From Azolla caroliniana (lineage: Eukaryota; Plantae; Polypodiophyta), in NCBI GenBank assembly GCA_043228905.1, contig JBHGNT010000914.1, positions 1 to 13,943 on the forward strand: DNA of 13,943 bases, read 5' to 3'. The notes beneath the pieces are model-generated. The model was not told the DNA's origin. It did not search any database and saw only the letters and a program-made list of their open reading frames with translations. The position numbers and the translations under genes are program-made. This document shows positions 10,713-13,943 of this stretch, piece by piece (the stretch's first letter is position 1; every line of letters begins with the position of its first letter).

Positions 10713-10896
10713 TTCCCATGACATGTGATGAATTTGTTATACGCATGCCCATGCATATTACATAAATTTGCACCTTATAATTTGAACCTTTTCAACACAA
10801 ATTTGCTTTATACATAGCTTAAAAGGTTCAAATGATGAGACAGAGAAAGCTATATATAAATTTTCATAATATAATGGTTTTAACTTATTGCCAATG

Positions 10897-11400
10897 ATAT
10901 AAAGGTGGACCTAAATTTTAGACAAGTACGAAGAAAATATTTCATAGTTGATAAAATAAAAGTAGTATTTTCTACGCAGACTTTGGATCATGGTTAAATG
11001 GATGAAATGCCTTTTAGTTAGAGGGGGGTGCACTCTACCAGTTTATTGACACAACATAAAGCACTTCACGACTTTGAATCATATTGATGTTAGCACAAGC
11101 ATATTTGAATATCACCTATATGCAATCATATAATGGTAGACCTACATCTGAGGTAAAGTGGACAACCACGTATGGAAGCATATACCAAGCCCCAACTAGA
11201 TAGACACGTACAAGTAATATGTTTCATGATTGATATAATACAAGAGGTATTATTATATACGAAGACTTTCATGGTTGCAAACTTACATGGATGAAAGTCT
11301 TGAACTAGAGGGGATGTGCTCTATTGATCAACCAATCAAACAAAAGCATTTCACGACTAGAATTAAGAATCATTGGATGTCATTGTAATTATTGCTTAAG
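10897..11400. repeat. Old, diverged tandem duplication (two copies, ~10897-11127 and ~11128-11400)
   Basis: Collinear shared blocks: ATATAAAGGTGGACCTA/ATATAATGGTAGACCTA, TAGACAAGTAC/TAGACACGTAC, TCATGGTT, ATGGATGAAA, TAGAGGGG, AAAGCACTTCACGACT/AAAGCATTTCACGACT, GAATCAT. Boundaries are approximate. Confidence 0.75.
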
Positions 11401-11770
11401 GATCATTGAAAATCATGTCAAATGAAAGAAGACCATAAGCCTCCTCATTTATTGAGATCATATAATATACATATATGTACTAACACAAACCATAACATGT
11501 GAGGGAATTAGGTGGTTAATATTAGTGTGAATGTTGACCTAATATTTAAAGACCAATTTTTTTTAACCAATTGTATTCTATAAGTTAGTTTTACCAATGC
11601 CTTCACCCACAACTGTAGATCCTCAATAGTAAGTTCCAATGCAGTCAATTAATATATCTTCTTAGCTATTTTAATATTGAATGTAATATATTATTTATTG
11701 TCAATTTGTTGGTTTGAGTGCTTAGGTTCATAAAGCTTCATCTCATAAATGAAGTTTACAATATCACTTT

Positions 11771-11790
11771 GAATTGAATTGAATTGAATT
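11771..11790. repeat. (GAATT)4 pentanucleotide repeat
   Basis: Direct reading. Confidence 0.9.
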
Positions 11791-12029
11791 GAGTTTGTCT
11801 TCACTTTGAATCGCTCTTATTTAACTTTCTTTAGGACACATATTGTTTATTATCCATCCCATGATGTTGTAAGGAATCAATCTATCATAAATGAGATAGT
11901 GCAAACATTTAAGGAGCAGCCTATCATATATTTCATTAATGAGTCGTCGATAGCTCAAGGTGCACTAAACCATTGACATCATAGGATACACTAAAACATC
12001 AATGTCACGAGGTGCACAACATAATTGAC

Positions 12030-13590
12030 ACATGAACCTCTCACTTTCTTTTTTTGCTATGCATTATACCATTTGTGGGAAGCTCAGTGTAAATTGAGAA
12101 CCCACAATAAAGGTCACCCAATAGGTCACCATATACTTGTCTTTTCTGCGTCTTTTTAGATATAATAAGAATGTAAGGTTGACATAGTTGAAAGCATGAA
12201 AGTTAGTTAAAGTTTCAAACATAGTATGGTTGGTTGAGAAACATCTACAAATTCGAGTTCTTTGTCCACTCAAACGAAATCATTTAAGACTTGGTGAGGC
12301 CATGATGTGCAACCAAACAAAAACTAGTCGGATAACATATGAGGTATAAGAATGTAAAGGTTGACATAGTTGAAAGCATGAAAGTTAGTTCAAGTGTCAA
12401 ACATAGTCTGGTTGGTTGAGAAACATCTACAAATTCGAGTTCTTTGTCCACTCAAACGAAATCATTTAAGACTTGGTGAGGCCATGATGTGCAACCAAAC
12501 AACAAAAACTAGTCGGATAACATACGAGGTAACGAGTACTTTGTCTATGGATAACTCTATGGGATATGAAACATTAATCTTTCATGTTCGTATCACATAC
12601 ATGTGGCAATGACAATCTTATCAACAGATCAATCAACATTTTTCCAAGGTTCAAAATGATCAAGGACGTATTTAGGATTTTCTATCAAATTTATGTGCAA
12701 TATGGATATGTTCAATATCATCAGCTTGGGTGCAATGCACGCTTGAAAAGGCAAGAGGTTGTTGGTCATGAAGTTCTAAAATATTCTTTATGACTTATAG
12801 AATACATTTTGAAGGCTTTAGTAAGACGAACTAGTGATCAAGAACAAGCATATGTTGTGCCAATCGAGCCATTGTGGAAGAGTGACATATTTGAAGCAAG
12901 TAGAGGAAGTGTCAATTGACATCGACATCCAAGACTTTTCTTGATAGGAGAAGGCATTTTATTCAACTTGGATGAGTACGTGTTTGGTTCTATTTTTGAC
13001 GATTTTCAATCATTTCTATAAATCTTGTGGCTTTCAAACAATCAATTATCCTTTTTTGTGGTTTTGTTTTGTATCCACCTTTTCTACTTTTGCCTTTGAG
13101 TCATCAAGATTTGTGTCATGTACCATCTTAAAAATGTTGTTGGCATGATATTATTGATTATATGGCATTGAGCGCCTCTTATTGACAAGGCGTTGACATG
13201 GCGGTGCCTTTTTGTGATCATTGTTGGCTGTGCGAATATATAAGCCCTTGATCTAACACATAAAAACCTCGACAAATCTTTACTCTTGTAGCAAATATAA
13301 GAACAATGTCGTGATTGAATATATTGGATATATAGTTTACGCTCCATAACACATCCATGTATCACACATACAATTGCCATAATACTCCTACACATAGACT
13401 GTCCAAGTAAGAACCTCCAAAGGAATTTCCTTTAACGACAACAAGTTCTATTATATTGTGAGTAACCTAACATTTTCTATGAAACCAAAGCTTTTTGTCA
13501 TGTTGAAGGACCCCAGGTAGTCCTTCGGAGTTCTTGACGCCATAATCTAGACGTGAATGATAGCTTCCATTACAATATGTGTCTATAGTA
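12030..13590 (-). mobile_element. Heavily eroded Ty3/gypsy pol fossil (RT end - RNase H - integrase - chromodomain-like)
   Basis: Hand translation of the minus strand across frameshifts gives motif relics in the correct order: ELR..YLG (13533-13511), PLEVLT..VGVLWQ (~13423-13374), HVNALSIR (13200-13177), IFKMVHDT (13135-13112), MPSPI-EKSWMSMSID (12957-12911), VRLTK (12831-12817), and KRRRKDKYMVTYW..FPQMV (~12157-12067). Each motif alone is weak; the order is the evidence. Confidence 0.55.
12165..12530. repeat. Recent head-to-tail tandem duplication (181 bp + 185 bp)
   Basis: Copy 1 is 12165-12345 and copy 2 is 12346-12530; both start ATAAGAATGTAA and end GAGGT. By eye they differ by 4 substitutions and two small indels (1 and 3 bp). 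Confidence 0.97.
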
Positions 13591-13818
13591 GGATCACGTC
13601 GTGAAACATATTAGGAATTAAAGTGACAGTGAGAGAAAGAAGGGAGTTGATCCAACAACAGGCCACCCTCATCCAAAGGGATCAAGTCAGACCTGAGTTG
13701 TGAACGGCATCCATCCCATACTATTGTTATGGGCTTCAAGTCGTACGTGCTACTGGCCTGGTCTCCTTACAAGAGTCTGGCCCACCATAAACGTAATTTG
13801 GATGTTTGCACTCTCTAA

Positions 13819-13855
13819 GACACAAACACAGAAACACTCACACATGCACATACAT

Positions 13856-13890
<35 letters not shown>

Positions 13891-13943
13891 GCCACACATA
13901 CACACATGTGTTTGTGCGTGCACATACACAATACGTGTACATG
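13819..13943. repeat. CA-rich microsatellite region with a pure (CA)15 core at 13859-13888
   Basis: Direct reading; degenerate CA/TG repeats continue to the window end. Confidence 0.93.

Noticed and set aside
12610-12650. Plus-strand ILSTDQSTFFQG resembling a LINE RT 'Q.GF..GR' motif
   Set aside because: No supporting RT motifs follow; the minus-strand gypsy reading explains the region better.

Overview
Eukaryotic, land-plant nuclear DNA: a nested retrotransposon graveyard around one intact host gene. (1) 1-1806 is the 3' end of a Ty3/gypsy chromovirus (integrase HHCC/D,D35E/GPF plus chromodomain, PPT, ~450-bp 3' LTR), killed by four in-frame stops. (2) ~1807-7065 is a degenerate L1-clade LINE (ORF1 tail, ORF2 with APE endonuclease, RT and CCHC finger, then (ATT)8). 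The gypsy appears to have inserted into its ORF1, and a 686-bp solo LTR (2597-3282, TG...CA, 5-bp TSD GTTCT) splits its endonuclease. (3) An intact 4-exon class III secretory peroxidase, join(9141-9368,9509-9706,9998-10163,10300-10712), 334 aa, preceded by a W-box cluster, a (TG)26(AG)11 microsatellite and a TATA box. (4) Downstream lie an old degenerate tandem duplication, a recent 181/185-bp tandem duplication, and a heavily eroded minus-strand gypsy pol fossil (~12030-13590) that the ORF track does not reveal. I found no convincing evidence of a new biological system. The most valuable signals are the resolvable nesting order, the cryptic fossil element and the peroxidase promoter architecture.
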